64,000 nucleotides of DNA from Salinivirgaceae bacterium (GTDB lineage Bacteria > Bacteroidota > Bacteroidia > Bacteroidales > SZUA-534): NCBI GenBank assembly GCA_024405635.1, contig JAKSOL010000012.1:8813-72812 (forward strand). Direction: 5' to 3'. Below the pieces are notes generated by a model. It was not told where the DNA came from. It ran no database searches and worked only from the letters and a program-made list of their open reading frames with translations. Of the stretch, positions 50,449-61,082 are shown piece after piece (the first letter of the stretch is position 1; each line of letters begins with the position of its first letter). The position numbers and the translations under genes were made by a program.

Positions 50449-51690
50449 TTAGTTGAATTTTATAGCAGTTGCTGGGCTTATTTTCGATGTGAGCAAGGTT
50501 GGCAATAACATTACGGCAAGAGTTATAACTATGGTGCCAATGTTGAGTATGGCCACGTGCCACAGTTGCAAATTGATTGGCACTTGGCTCATGTAGTACG
50601 AGGCTTCGTCGAGAGGAACAATTCCAAAGTATTTTTGCAACAAGCAAAGACCAATGCCAATTACATTTCCCCAAATCATGCCTTTGATTATTAAGAAAAA
50701 CGACTGTAAAACAAATATCTTTTGCACTTGCCAGTTGCTGTAGCCAAATGTTTTTAGTAAGCCAATTGTGTTTGTACGTTCAAGAATCAGAATAAGCAGT
50801 CCCGAAATCATATTAACGCAAGCCACTACAAGCATCAGTGCCAAAATAACCAACACGTTCATGTCTTGCAGGTTGAGCCAATCAAATATCTGTGGATAGC
50901 GCTCGCGTATTTGGCTGATTTTAAGTATAGTTTTTTGCCCAAAGTTGTTGCCAATTGCAAAAAACACGCTGTCGTTAAGGTCGTAAAGTTGGTCAAAGTT
51001 GTTTATGGTTAGTTCCACTCCACTTATTTGGTCGTTGCTCCAACCGTTTAGTTTTTGCAAGTGGCGCATATCAACCAACGCAAAAACATGGTCAAAATCT
51101 TCAATCGATGTTTTGTAAATGCCACTGATAATAAACGGGCGCATACGAGGCGGATCTTGCACAAAGTACACCGTTATTTTGTCGCCCACGTTAAGGTTTA
51201 GCAAGTTGGCTATGTATTGCGAAATAACAATGCGGTTGCTTTTAACGCTATCGGTAATGGTAAAAATGCTGCCATCAACCAAGTTGCTTTGCATAAACGA
51301 CCAATCAAATTGCTTGTCGATGCCTTTTAGCACCACAGCTTGAATTTCGTTTTCGGTTTTAATAATGCCCGATTTGGTTATGTATGGTTGTGCATGCTCA
51401 ATTCCGTTTATGCGCATCACGCGGTCAAAATCAATGTCCGATGTGCTTATTGGCTTGGTCTCAAACGAGTTGTTAGCGTCAAAGTTCGATATTTGAATGT
51501 GCGCACCAAATCCAGTTACCTTGCGGCTCACTTCGTTTTTAAAGCCGGTTACAATAGCCACACTCAAAATCATTACAGCCAAACCAATTGCAATGCCTGC
51601 CACCGCAATTTTTACAATTGGAGCCGACATTCGCCGTGCGTTTTCTTTGCTGAAAGTAAAACGTTGTGCTATGAATAATTCTGGTTTCAA
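50449..51690 (-). CDS. LolC/E (FtsX-like) ABC permease
   Basis: IAVAGIAIG..ILSVAIVTGF, FDWL.LQD.N, LILERT..IGLLK, YY...VP. Confidence 0.88.
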   Translation of the reverse strand: MKPELFIAQRFTFSKENARRMSAPIVKIAVAGIAIGLAVMILSVAIVTGFKNEVSRKVTGFGAHIQISNFDANNSFETKPISTSDIDFDRVMRINGIEHAQPYITKSGIIKTENEIQAVVLKGIDKQFDWSFMQSNLVDGSIFTITDSVKSNRIVISQYIANLLNLNVGDKITVYFVQDPPRMRPFIISGIYKTSIEDFDHVFALVDMRHLQKLNGWSNDQISGVELTINNFDQLYDLNDSVFFAIGNNFGQKTILKISQIRERYPQIFDWLNLQDMNVLVILALMLVVACVNMISGLLILILERTNTIGLLKTFGYSNWQVQKIFVLQSFFLIIKGMIWGNVIGIGLCLLQKYFGIVPLDEASYYMSQVPINLQLWHVAILNIGTIVITLAVMLLPTLLTSKISPATAIKFN

Positions 51691-51716
51691 CCCGTTGTTT
51701 CTTTTTGTGGCAAAAC

Positions 51717-51926
51717 TAATGATTAGTGTTTAATGTTTAGTGATTAATGAGTAATGAACTTTAGCTTTTGGCCTTTAGCCATTGGCGATAGAATGTTGAA
51801 TCGTTTAATCGTTGATGCGTTGAACTGCCGACGTAAAACCAAAACATTTAGCTGCCAACGGCCAATGGTCAAGAGCCAACAACTTAAAACTTAAAACCTA
51901 AAACGTAAAACTTAAAACTCAAAACC
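51717..51926. repeat. Mosaic of degenerate 7-8 bp tandem repeats, partly inverted
   Basis: TA(A/G)TG(A/T)N x6 (51717-51758), TT(A/G)GCNN x4 (51761-51788), TTGAATCG-like x4 (51796-51827), GCCAANN-like x4 (51854-51881), AACNTAA-like x6 (51881-51922). Confidence 0.8.
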
Positions 51927-51961
51927 TTACCTTGCGCCAAATTTTAAAAAAACATACCGAA

Positions 51962-53152
51962 ATGAATTACATACTTTTTGACGATTCAACTTGGGAGCAA
52001 CTTCTTCCGCTAACCTTTACACGCCCAGTTTGCGAGGTGCGTGTTGGAATTTTAACCATTCGCGAAAAGTGGGAGAAATATCTTGAAACAAAAGAACTAT
52101 CGTTTTGCACCAAACCATATTTGCAAGCCAAGTTTCCAATGAATGTGGCTGCCGACAACATGTTTATTAATGGTTCGCTTATTCCTTCGGCTGAAATTTT
52201 GTCAGAACTCGATACTCTTGCCGATGGCGAGGCTTTGGCCGATGGCGAAGTGATTTATGCAGCGCGTTTAAATGCCGAAAAAGCACAAAACTTTAATCCT
52301 AACGATGTTAGTCAATTGAAAGTGCGTCAGGTAATTAGCGCAACCGACCGCATTGAGCATCTGTGGAATATTTTTCAATACAACGGCGAGATGCTTGAGC
52401 GCGATTTTCGCATCTTGACCAAAAACCGCAAATCGGAAAAATTGAGCGACACCAACCGCGTAATCGGTAATAATGACATATTTATTGAACGTGGTGCGGT
52501 TGTTGAATGTGCAATTCTGAACACGAACGACGGCCCAATCTACATTGGTAAAAACAGCGAAGTGATGGAAGGGGCAATAATTCGTGGCCCATTTGCGCTT
52601 TGTACAAACTCGGTGGTTAAAATGGCTGCAAAGATTTACGGTCCAACCACCATTGGTCCAAACAGCAAAGTGGGAGGTGAACTTAACAACGCAGTGTTTT
52701 TTGGCAACAGCAACAAAGCTCACGACGGTTTTATTGGCAATGCAGTGATTGGTGAATGGTGCAACCTTGGTGCCGACACCAACAACTCAAACCTAAAAAA
52801 CAACTACGCCGAAGTTAAACAATGGAACTATGCAGCCGAAAAGTTCATTAAAACCGGTTTGCAATTCTGCGGATTGGTGATGGGCGACCACAGCAAAGCT
52901 GGAATTAACACAATGTTTAACACCGGAACAGTAGTGGGTGTGGCTGCCAACGTGTTTGGCGGAGGATTCCCAAGCGTTTTCATTCCATCGTTCTCGTGGG
53001 GTGGTGCCGCTGGGTTCGATGTTTGTTCTGTTAAAACAGCCTGCGACATTGCTGAGCGAGTTACCGCTCGCCGCCATGTTGAGTTTACCGAAATTGACAA
53101 GAAAATGTTGGCCGACATTTTTGAAATGACTGCCAAGTATCGCCAATTTTAA
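51962..53152 (+). CDS. GlmU-like sugar nucleotidyltransferase/acetyltransferase (Bacteroidetes type)
   Basis: LLPLTFTRP..RVGILTIREKW, hexapeptide repeats, SNKAHDGF, WCNLGADT, GLQFCG. Confidence 0.85.
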   Translation: MNYILFDDSTWEQLLPLTFTRPVCEVRVGILTIREKWEKYLETKELSFCTKPYLQAKFPMNVAADNMFINGSLIPSAEILSELDTLADGEALADGEVIYAARLNAEKAQNFNPNDVSQLKVRQVISATDRIEHLWNIFQYNGEMLERDFRILTKNRKSEKLSDTNRVIGNNDIFIERGAVVECAILNTNDGPIYIGKNSEVMEGAIIRGPFALCTNSVVKMAAKIYGPTTIGPNSKVGGELNNAVFFGNSNKAHDGFIGNAVIGEWCNLGADTNNSNLKNNYAEVKQWNYAAEKFIKTGLQFCGLVMGDHSKAGINTMFNTGTVVGVAANVFGGGFPSVFIPSFSWGGAAGFDVCSVKTACDIAERVTARRHVEFTEIDKKMLADIFEMTAKYRQF

Positions 53153-53162
53153 ACCTATCGGT

Positions 53163-55589
53163 ATGGATTTTGAAAAAGAACCAGAATTTGAAAAAATATT
53201 GAAGGACGTAGCCGAGTCGAGTGGTCAACTTGTTGCCATAAGCTCCGAACCCGATCTTAAGAACATTAACGAGTTTAAAGTGCCTGAGCAATTGCCCATT
53301 TTGCCTTTGCGCAACATGGTGCTTTTCCCTGGCGTGATTATACCTATTAGCGTTGGACGCGAAAAATCGCTAAAACTAGTGCGCGAGGCCTATAGCGGTG
53401 ATAAAATAATTGGTATGGTGGCACAACGCGATTCGCGTGTCGAAAATCCTGAACCAACTGATTTGTACTCAATAGGTTGCGTGGCACAAATATTGAAAGT
53501 GCTTGAACTTGGCGATGGCACTACAACAATTATTGTGCAAGGCAAACGCAAGATAAAAATCGAAGAGTTTACACAATCGGAGCCGTACTTTAATGCGCGC
53601 ATCTCAATTATTGACGAGATAATGCCAACCGACGAGCAAGCAAGTGAGTTTGAAGCCATTGCCAGTTCGGTAAAAGACTTGAGCTCTAAGTCTATGAAAA
53701 TGTCGGGACGTCTTCCTCGCGAGGTGCTCTTAACAATGCGCAACATTGAAAACCCATTCTTTCTTATAAGTTTTGTTTGTGCTAACAACGAGTTAGAAAC
53801 CGACGAAAAACAGCAATTGCTTGAAATGCCTGCCGTTTTTGACCGCAGCACCCGATTGCTTGAACTTATTGCTCGCGAATTGCAAAAACTTGAACTGAAA
53901 GAAGATATTCAGCAACGCGTTAAATCCGACCTCGACAAACAGCAACGCGACTTTTTCCTAAACCAACAGATGAAAGCCATTCAGCAAGAATTGGGCGACA
54001 ATCCGATTGAAAAGGAAATAGATGCGCTAAAAAAGAAAGCTGAATCAAAAAAATGGAACGACGACGTTGCTACCATTTTCAATCGCGAGCTTACCAAACT
54101 GAGTCACTATAATCCTTCAAGCCCCGATTATGCCATTCAACTCAATTATCTGCAAACGCTAATCGATTTGCCTTGGAACGAATTTTCGGCCGACCAGTTT
54201 GACCTTAAAGCCGCTCAGCAAATTCTTGACCGCGACCACTGCGGACTCGAAAAAGTGAAAGAGCGCATAATTGAACATTTGGCTGTGCTAAAACTTAAAG
54301 GCGACCTCAAATCGCCCATCATTTGTTTGTACGGCCCTCCGGGTGTTGGAAAAACATCGCTCGGAAAATCAATCGCCGAGGCTCTAGGCCGCAAATATGT
54401 GCGCATGTCGCTTGGTGGTGTTCACGACGAGTCGGAAATACGAGGCCATCGTCGCACTTACATTGGAGCCATGCCTGGCCGCATCATCCAAAACATCCGC
54501 AAAGCCAAGTCGGCTAACCCGGTTTTTATTCTCGACGAAATTGACAAGGTTACTGCCGATTATCATGGCGACCCATCAAGTGCGTTGCTTGAGGTGCTCG
54601 ACCCTGAGCAAAATGTGGCTTTTCACGACAATTTCCTCGATGTGGATTTCGACCTATCGAACGTGATGTTTATTGCAACAGCTAACGATATTTCAAACAT
54701 CAGCGCTCCGTTGCGCGACCGTATGGAGATGATTGAAGTGCCAGGCTACATTCTTGAGGAAAAACTTGATATTGCTAGTCAACATCTTATTCCACGTCAG
54801 CTTGAGGCTAACGGACTGAAAGATGCCCCAATAACTTTTAGCAACGACGCCATTGCAAACATTGTTGACAAATACACCCGCGAGTCGGGAGTGCGTCAGC
54901 TTGATAAAAACATTGCTGAGGTTGTACGCAAAATTGCAAAACGTGTAGCTTTTGACGAGCCAATGATTACCAATGTTGATTGTGCTGTGGTTACCGATTT
55001 GCTTGGCAAGCCAAAACGCAATCCCGATATGTACGAAGACAACTCAGTGCCAGGTGTAGTAACTGGTTTGGCTTGGACTCCAATGGGCGGCGACATTCTG
55101 TTTATTGAGGCTAGCACTAGTCAAGGTAAAGGAGCTTTGACGCTTACTGGTAATTTGGGAAATGTAATGAAAGAGTCGGCGCAATTGGCTCACGAGTACA
55201 TTAAGGCTCATGCCGATTGGTTTGGCATCAATCCCGACGATTTTGAAAAACTAAACCTTCATATTCACGTGCCTGAGGGTGCAATACCAAAAGATGGTCC
55301 AAGTGCGGGCATAACTATGACAACCGCTATGGTTTCGGCCTACACCAAACGCAAGGTTCGTAAGGCTTTGGCCATGACTGGCGAAATTACTCTGCGTGGC
55401 AAAGTGTTGCCTGTGGGTGGTATTCGCGAAAAGATTCTTGCTGCAAAACGTGCCAACATAAACACCATTATTATGTGCGAGCAAAACAAGCAAGATGTTG
55501 AGGAGATAAATTCAAACTACGTAGTTGGCTTGAACTTTATTTATGTGAACACAATTGACCAAGTGATAGCCAACGCGCTTGAGCAGTAG
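53163..55589 (+). CDS. lon: Lon protease
   Basis: [40 protein letters not shown]. Confidence 0.97.
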   Translation: MDFEKEPEFEKILKDVAESSGQLVAISSEPDLKNINEFKVPEQLPILPLRNMVLFPGVIIPISVGREKSLKLVREAYSGDKIIGMVAQRDSRVENPEPTDLYSIGCVAQILKVLELGDGTTTIIVQGKRKIKIEEFTQSEPYFNARISIIDEIMPTDEQASEFEAIASSVKDLSSKSMKMSGRLPREVLLTMRNIENPFFLISFVCANNELETDEKQQLLEMPAVFDRSTRLLELIARELQKLELKEDIQQRVKSDLDKQQRDFFLNQQMKAIQQELGDNPIEKEIDALKKKAESKKWNDDVATIFNRELTKLSHYNPSSPDYAIQLNYLQTLIDLPWNEFSADQFDLKAAQQILDRDHCGLEKVKERIIEHLAVLKLKGDLKSPIICLYGPPGVGKTSLGKSIAEALGRKYVRMSLGGVHDESEIRGHRRTYIGAMPGRIIQNIRKAKSANPVFILDEIDKVTADYHGDPSSALLEVLDPEQNVAFHDNFLDVDFDLSNVMFIATANDISNISAPLRDRMEMIEVPGYILEEKLDIASQHLIPRQLEANGLKDAPITFSNDAIANIVDKYTRESGVRQLDKNIAEVVRKIAKRVAFDEPMITNVDCAVVTDLLGKPKRNPDMYEDNSVPGVVTGLAWTPMGGDILFIEASTSQGKGALTLTGNLGNVMKESAQLAHEYIKAHADWFGINPDDFEKLNLHIHVPEGAIPKDGPSAGITMTTAMVSAYTKRKVRKALAMTGEITLRGKVLPVGGIREKILAAKRANINTIIMCEQNKQDVEEINSNYVVGLNFIYVNTIDQVIANALEQ

Positions 55590-55617
55590 TTATTGGTTGC
55601 ATCAACCTTCAAATAAC

Positions 55618-55654
55618 AAAAAAGCAAGATTCCGTTTGGAACCTTGCTTTTTTT
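55618..55654. terminator. Bidirectional intrinsic terminator
   Basis: aaaaaagcaag...cttgctttttt between convergent lon and thioesterase genes. Confidence 0.8.
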
Positions 55655-55674
55655 ATGTCGATAGGCAATGTTGA

Positions 55675-56088
55675 TTATTCGTTGCCAAAGTATTTTTCAA
55701 TAATAGGTTGAAAAGGAGGTGGAACTTGGCAAGGGCGACCTGTTGCTTTGTTCACAAAACACAATGTGGTGCTACCAGTGTTGAGCAATTCGCCTTGCTC
55801 GTTAAATGTTTCGTAAAAGAATTCCATTTTTACACTTGGGCGTTTTTTAACCGTAACTCTAATGGTAATAAGGTCGTCGTAGTGAGCAGGTTTTTTGTAG
55901 TCGATGTGCATCGAAAGTACAGGCATCATGTAGCCTTGACGTTCAAGTTCGGCATAGCTGCAACACTCTTTGCGAAAGGCGTCGCTGCGCGCTTGCTCGT
56001 AAAATGCAGGGTAGTTGCCGTAGTAGCAATAGCCCATTTGGTCGGTTTCGCCGTAGCGCACACGTAGTTGAAATTCGTGAACAAACAT
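55675..56088 (-). CDS. Acyl-CoA thioesterase (YbgC/4HBT family)
   Basis: RVRYGETDQMGYCYYGNY, PAHYDD. Confidence 0.9.
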   Translation of the reverse strand: MFVHEFQLRVRYGETDQMGYCYYGNYPAFYEQARSDAFRKECCSYAELERQGYMMPVLSMHIDYKKPAHYDDLITIRVTVKKRPSVKMEFFYETFNEQGELLNTGSTTLCFVNKATGRPCQVPPPFQPIIEKYFGNE

Positions 56089-56124
56089 TTTTATCGGTTT
56101 AATTATTATCTGAACTTTCTCGTT

Positions 56125-56139
56125 TCAAAATTTGTGCCA
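56125..56139 (-). promoter_or_regulatory. Sigma54-like -24/-12 element
   Basis: Minus strand TGGCAC-AAATT-TTGA about 36 nt before the thioesterase ATG. Confidence 0.45.
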
Positions 56140-56179
56140 GATGCAGTTGCCGATTGCCAATTAAAGCAAATGCGGGTCT

Positions 56180-57226
56180 CTAATCAACAAGCAAATAGGC
56201 CATGGCAAAGCCTCCAACAATAAGCCAAATGTAAATAATGCCAGCCAGCATGAATGGTTTAGCTCCAGCGGCGCGAAATTTGCTGAAACTAGTATCGGCA
56301 CCAAGTGCGGTCATTGCCATGGTGAGCAAAAAGGTTGAAATAACCTCTATAGTTTTAAGCATGGTGTTGGCCCATTGGCCTACGTTAAAACTATTTGCAG
56401 GTAGAATAACGTGCAGCAGTGTGTTTATGCAAATCATTACAAGAAACAGAATGGCAAACCAAGGAATGGTTATGCTTTGGTGCTCGCTGTTGGCTGTGTT
56501 TTTGGCGCGATGGCGGCTCAGCACAAAACTCATAATAAGTAGCACTGGAACTAGCAAAATAACGCGCACCATTTTAACTATTAGAGCATCGGTGGCAATG
56601 GTGCTGCCCATAGCATTGCTTGCGCCAACAACGTGTGCAACCTCGTGTAGGGTTGAGCCTGTGTAAACGCCCATTTGCACATCGTTTATTGGAAGAATGC
56701 CAGTGCGGTAAACAATGGGGTAAAGAAACATTGATATGGTGCCGAATATAACCACAGTTGAAACTGCAACGGCTGTTTTCCCAGCACCGCCGCGCACTAT
56801 TGGTTCGGCTCCAAGCACTGCTGCCGCTCCGCAAATGGCGCTACCGGTCGATGTAAGCAAGGTTGTTTCAAGGTCGAGTTTTAGCATTTTGCCCACCATT
56901 AGTCCTAACGCAATGGTGAGTACCACCACAAGGCAATCGACAATTAGTGCCGATGCTCCAACTGCAACCACATCTTGCAGTGTTAGTCTAAAACCGTATA
57001 GCACAATGCCTATGCGCAACAATCGTTTTGAACAGAAGTTGAGACCAGGAACGCAGTCGGCTGGTAACTTGTGGCGCAGTGTGTTGGCATACACCATGCC
57101 AATTAAAATGCCCACTATAAGTGCGCTTATCGATAACGATTTAACTGCTGGTATTTGAGCAATAAAGGTTGCTGCAACCGACAAAACGGCTATTAGTGCT
57201 ATGCCCAATGCGGCGTGTTTATTCAT
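56180..57226 (-). CDS. YeiH-family (UPF0324) membrane protein
   Basis: LLRIGIVLYG, GSAICGAAAV, TLHEVAHVV, KMVRV, MAMTALG. Confidence 0.9.
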   Translation of the reverse strand: MNKHAALGIALIAVLSVAATFIAQIPAVKSLSISALIVGILIGMVYANTLRHKLPADCVPGLNFCSKRLLRIGIVLYGFRLTLQDVVAVGASALIVDCLVVVLTIALGLMVGKMLKLDLETTLLTSTGSAICGAAAVLGAEPIVRGGAGKTAVAVSTVVIFGTISMFLYPIVYRTGILPINDVQMGVYTGSTLHEVAHVVGASNAMGSTIATDALIVKMVRVILLVPVLLIMSFVLSRHRAKNTANSEHQSITIPWFAILFLVMICINTLLHVILPANSFNVGQWANTMLKTIEVISTFLLTMAMTALGADTSFSKFRAAGAKPFMLAGIIYIWLIVGGFAMAYLLVD

Positions 57227-57344
57227 AACTAGTGTGTTTTTAGGTCGCAAATTTAGTATGTTATTGTGTTGGGTTGAACGTTAATGTAAAAAGCTAAAAC
57301 AAAAAAAGAAACTCTTCATACTTTTGGAGCAAACATTTGAAACA

Positions 57345-58523
57345 ATGAAACTTCAGCACATATTGTTATTTGTATCTGTAATGCTTGCAGCTTCGTGTAA
57401 TCAGTCAACTTGTGCGCAAGTTGTTACCGCTGCCGAGCAAACACACGAGTATTTACCCAAACTGAAGGGTAAAAAGGTGGCTGTGGTGGCTAACCAAACA
57501 TCGGTTATTGGAACCACTCATTTGGTTGATAGTTTGCTAAGTTTAAACGTGAACGTCGATTTGGTGTTTGCGCCCGAGCATGGATTCCGTGGCCTTGCCG
57601 ATGCTGGAGAGCATGTGGCCGACAATGTTGATATGCGTACAGGCTTGCGTGTGGTGTCGCTCTACGGCAATCACAAAAAACCTTCGGCCAACGACCTTTT
57701 GGGCATCGATATTGTTGTGTTCGATATTCAAGATGTTGGTGTGCGCTTTTACACCTACATTTCAACCTTGCACTATGTGATGGAGGCTTGTGCCGAAAAT
57801 AACGTGCCACTTTTGGTGCTCGACCGCCCAAACCCTAATGGTTTTTACATCGATGGACCAATTCTCGATACTGCTTGCCGATCGTTTGTTGGTATGCACC
57901 CTGTGCCGTTGGTTCATGGCATGACTATTGGCGAATATGCGCTTATGATTAACGGACAAGGTTGGCTAAATGCTGGTGTGCAATGCCAGGTTGAGGTGGT
58001 TAAGTGCCTTAACTACACCCACAAAACACATTACCAATTGCCTATCAAACCATCGCCAAACTTGCCAACTTACAGGTCGGTGTTGCTGTATCCTTCGTTG
58101 GGATTGTTTGAGGGAACATCGATGAGTGTGGCTCGCGGAACAATGTTTCCGTTTGAGGCGGTTGGTCATCCGGCTTACGACATTGCACCGTTTAGGTTTG
58201 TGCCGCGTAGCATGATTGGCGCCAAGCATCCTCCTTTTCAGGATGTGGTTTGTTTTGGTTACGATTTTCGCAATGTGCCTGTCGAAAAACTTGAAAACGA
58301 ACCTGGCATCGACCTCGATATTATGATTGATTGCTATCGTTTCTTTACGTTCGACCCTAAGTTCTTTAACTCCTTTTTAACCAAACTGGCAGGAACTACA
58401 ATGTTGCGCAAGCAGATTGAACAAGGCATGTCGGCTCAGCAAATTAAGCAGACTTGGCAACAAGGGTTACGCAATTTTCAGCAAGTGCGAAAACAATATC
58501 TTCTTTATACCGATTTTGAATAA
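57345..58523 (+). CDS. Exo-beta-N-acetylmuramidase NamZ (DUF1343) lipoprotein
   Basis: NQTS, FAPEHGFRG, FDIQDVGVRFYTY, LDRPNP, HGMTIGE, PSPNL. Confidence 0.9.
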   Translation: MKLQHILLFVSVMLAASCNQSTCAQVVTAAEQTHEYLPKLKGKKVAVVANQTSVIGTTHLVDSLLSLNVNVDLVFAPEHGFRGLADAGEHVADNVDMRTGLRVVSLYGNHKKPSANDLLGIDIVVFDIQDVGVRFYTYISTLHYVMEACAENNVPLLVLDRPNPNGFYIDGPILDTACRSFVGMHPVPLVHGMTIGEYALMINGQGWLNAGVQCQVEVVKCLNYTHKTHYQLPIKPSPNLPTYRSVLLYPSLGLFEGTSMSVARGTMFPFEAVGHPAYDIAPFRFVPRSMIGAKHPPFQDVVCFGYDFRNVPVEKLENEPGIDLDIMIDCYRFFTFDPKFFNSFLTKLAGTTMLRKQIEQGMSAQQIKQTWQQGLRNFQQVRKQYLLYTDFE

Positions 58524-59470
58524 TGCCGAATAGCGCAGAAAAGGCAACGGTTTGCGGCCGGTTTGCACCTACGCCAAGTGGTCGCATGCACGCAGGAAAC
58601 GTGTTGGCGGCTCTTATGTCGTGGCTATCGGCTAAAAGTGCTGGCGGTTGCTGGATTCTGCGACACGAGGACCTTGACACTTCGCGGACAAAAATTGAGT
58701 ATGCGCAGCAAATTGAGGACGATTTGCGTTGGCTTGGTTTAACGTGGGACGATGGCGGTGTGGCTCAAAACTGCTTTCAGAGCCGTAGGTTTCACATTTA
58801 CGACCAGTATTTTGATTTGTTACGCAACCAAGCAACTGTTTATCCCTGCTTTTGCACCCGTGCCGACCTTATGGCAGCCAGTGCGCCCCATGCGTCAGAT
58901 GGTAGGGTGGTGTACTCGGGCAAGTGCCGAAACTTATCTGCCGAAGATATTGCAACTCTTTCGGCTCAACGAAATCCAGCGTGGCGTGTTGCAGTTCCAA
59001 ATACCAACATCAATTTTACCGACCGTTTGTTTGGCCAGCAAAGTGTTAATCTGGCAAACGAGTGTGGCGATTTTATTGTTCGTCGTGCCGATGGCGTTGC
59101 TGCTTATCAGCTTGCTGTGGTGGTTGACGATGCGCTGATGGGTGTTACCGAGGTGGTGCGTGGTAGCGACTTGCTGCTTTCGGCCTCGCAACAAATATTT
59201 TTGTACAACCAGTTGGGGTTTGCAGCTCCGCAGTTTGGCCATGTGCCGTTGTTGTGTAACGAAAGCGGTGTGCGGCTGAGTAAACGCGACCGTTCGTTGG
59301 GGATTGATGTGATGCGCAATAGCATGTCGGCTCAGCAAATTATTGGTTGGTTGGCGTTTACTGTTGGTCTTATTCCTAAAAACGAAGATGTTTCGGCTCA
59401 AGAACTACTAACCGAATTTAGTTGGAGCAAAATTGCTAAGCATCAAACGGTGCAGGTGAATTGTAAATAG
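58523..59470 (+). CDS. gluQ: Glutamyl-Q tRNA(Asp) synthetase
   Basis: GRFAPTPSGRMHAGN, YPCFCTR, YQLAVVVDD, RGSDL, RLSKR; no anticodon-binding domain. Confidence 0.9.
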   Translation: MPNSAEKATVCGRFAPTPSGRMHAGNVLAALMSWLSAKSAGGCWILRHEDLDTSRTKIEYAQQIEDDLRWLGLTWDDGGVAQNCFQSRRFHIYDQYFDLLRNQATVYPCFCTRADLMAASAPHASDGRVVYSGKCRNLSAEDIATLSAQRNPAWRVAVPNTNINFTDRLFGQQSVNLANECGDFIVRRADGVAAYQLAVVVDDALMGVTEVVRGSDLLLSASQQIFLYNQLGFAAPQFGHVPLLCNESGVRLSKRDRSLGIDVMRNSMSAQQIIGWLAFTVGLIPKNEDVSAQELLTEFSWSKIAKHQTVQVNCK

Positions 59471-59542
59471 AGGTTAGTTTGCTCACTATTGAGCGGCTGA
59501 AATTGCCGCATAATTAGTTTTCTGTAAAAAAGCACAACTATC

Positions 59543-59570
59543 TGTAACACTTTGCATGCAAGAGTCGTCT
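59543..59570 (+). promoter_or_regulatory. Putative ECF sigma promoter
   Basis: TGTAAC-N17-CGTCT, 29 nt before ATG 59600. Confidence 0.6.
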
Positions 59571-59599
59571 ATAGCTTGTAATTTGAAAACAATATTGAT

Positions 59600-60289
59600 A
59601 TGAAAATTTTTAAGACTTTACTATTAGGTGTGGCTTTGTTTAGCGCATCGGTGGCTATGGCTAACGACAAAAAAACTGTTACTGTTGACTCGTTTAGTGG
59701 AATACGATCAACCGACGGATTTATTGTAAATGTTACAATGGGCGATGTTGAAGAAGTTGAGGTTGAGGCCCCTTCTGATTTGATTGACAGAGTGATAGTT
59801 GAAACAGTTAAAGGTACGTTGCAACTATCGTTTAAAGGAAGCAGTGTGAATTTGATTGGCAAACGCGTGGTTGTGAATGTAAAGGCTAAAGCGTTGAATA
59901 ACTTGCAAGCTGCAGCAGGATCGCGAATGGAGGTTAGCGGTGTTGTGGCAAGCGATAATGTAAGTATCGATGCAGGCAGCGGAGCAACAATTAAAACAGT
60001 GGTTGAGGCAAAAACCTTGAGTTTGCGCAGTACGAGTGGTGCCGAATTGCAAGTTGAAGGTGCTGCTAATAGCGTTAATGTTCGAGCAGGCAGTGGAGCG
60101 TCGGTTCATGCTACCGATTTTTCGACCGAATTGGCTTCGGTTGAGGCAAGCAGCGGTGCATTGGTACATATTTCGGCTAAGGATTTTGAGAATGTAAAGG
60201 TGTCGAGTGGCGCTCGTGTACGTTACATGGAAGATGCTAATGTTAAGAATGTTTCGGTGTCGTCAGGCGGCTCGTTTAAGAAGAAATAA
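59600..60289 (+). CDS. DUF2807 / GIN-domain beta-helix protein
   Basis: Signal peptide, repeated xxSGAxx beta-helix rungs, terminal SSGGS. Confidence 0.85.
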   Translation: MKIFKTLLLGVALFSASVAMANDKKTVTVDSFSGIRSTDGFIVNVTMGDVEEVEVEAPSDLIDRVIVETVKGTLQLSFKGSSVNLIGKRVVVNVKAKALNNLQAAAGSRMEVSGVVASDNVSIDAGSGATIKTVVEAKTLSLRSTSGAELQVEGAANSVNVRAGSGASVHATDFSTELASVEASSGALVHISAKDFENVKVSSGARVRYMEDANVKNVSVSSGGSFKKK

Positions 60290-60377
60290 TGCGATGTAAT
60301 TATTAGCGCCTTAAGAATAAGGATTTTGTTTAATGGTTTGTGGAGATAGTCTCCATTTGTTTTATGATAATAGTTTT

Positions 60378-60406
60378 AGGCTACGCTGTGGTGTAGCCTT
60401 TTTTTT
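60378..60406 (+). terminator. Intrinsic terminator
   Basis: aggctac-loop-gtagcc followed by a T tract. Confidence 0.75.
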
Positions 60407-60414
60407 GTTTAACC

Positions 60415-60790
60415 CGCCCTGAAAGGGCAACATCATAAAAAAACGCGCCCCCCAAGCAATCCAAATAAAAGATGTTGCCCCTACAGGGCGAAGGTGGAAT
60501 ATGAAACAAATACCCAAGGCGATGCCATTGGGCTAAAAGATATAGCCCCTTCAGGGCACACGGCGGCAATCAACAAATTGACAGAACAATTAAAAATGAT
60601 AATTGCTCTAAATGGACAAAATTCTAACGAAGCGCAAATATCAAATAAAACCCCGCTCTGAAAGAGCAAAATCCCCTAGACTAGGGTATCACCCTAGGAA
60701 AATGGAAATTTAAGGCCAGCGCCCTGAAAGGGCAACATCATAAAACCAACCAAAAACCAAATAAAGCCCCCCCGCTCTGAAAGAGCAAAA
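60415..60790. repeat. Cluster of REP-like palindromes (GCCCTGAAAGGGC family)
   Basis: CGCCCTGAAAGGGCAACATCATAAAA is identical at 60415-60440 and 60720-60745. CCCCGCTCTGAAAGAGCAAAA is identical at 60651-60671 and 60770-60790. An inverted unit lies at about 60472-60557. Confidence 0.85.
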
Positions 60791-61082
60791 CTCTGCGTGG
60801 CTTTATTGTAAGCTCTCATATTGGGTGGTACAAAGAGGACCGTTTGCCACTTCCTGACGAGGTAAAGTCAAATCCTATGAAGTCGCTTGAAGAAAAGTAC
60901 CTAAAGTAACTGTTTTGTAAAATAGGATTATCCAAGCCCATATCTAGATCCAGCATCTGGTTGTAGACTTTTTGCGTTTTAAGTTCTAAGTAGAAAGTTT
61001 TAGGTTTTACGCTCGATAAAAAAACTACTAAATTTGTGTATGATTTAATTTGGACTATTGAGTGCAAACCTTTAGTAAGACA

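Noticed and set aside
50397-51823. 9-bp inverted repeat TCAACGCAT/ATGCGTTGA flanking the lolE-like gene (possible invertible segment)
   Set aside because: Too short to exceed chance, and no recombinase nearby.
60415-60790. CRISPR array
   Set aside because: Repeats occur in both orientations with irregular spacing, and there are no cas genes; fits REP-like elements.
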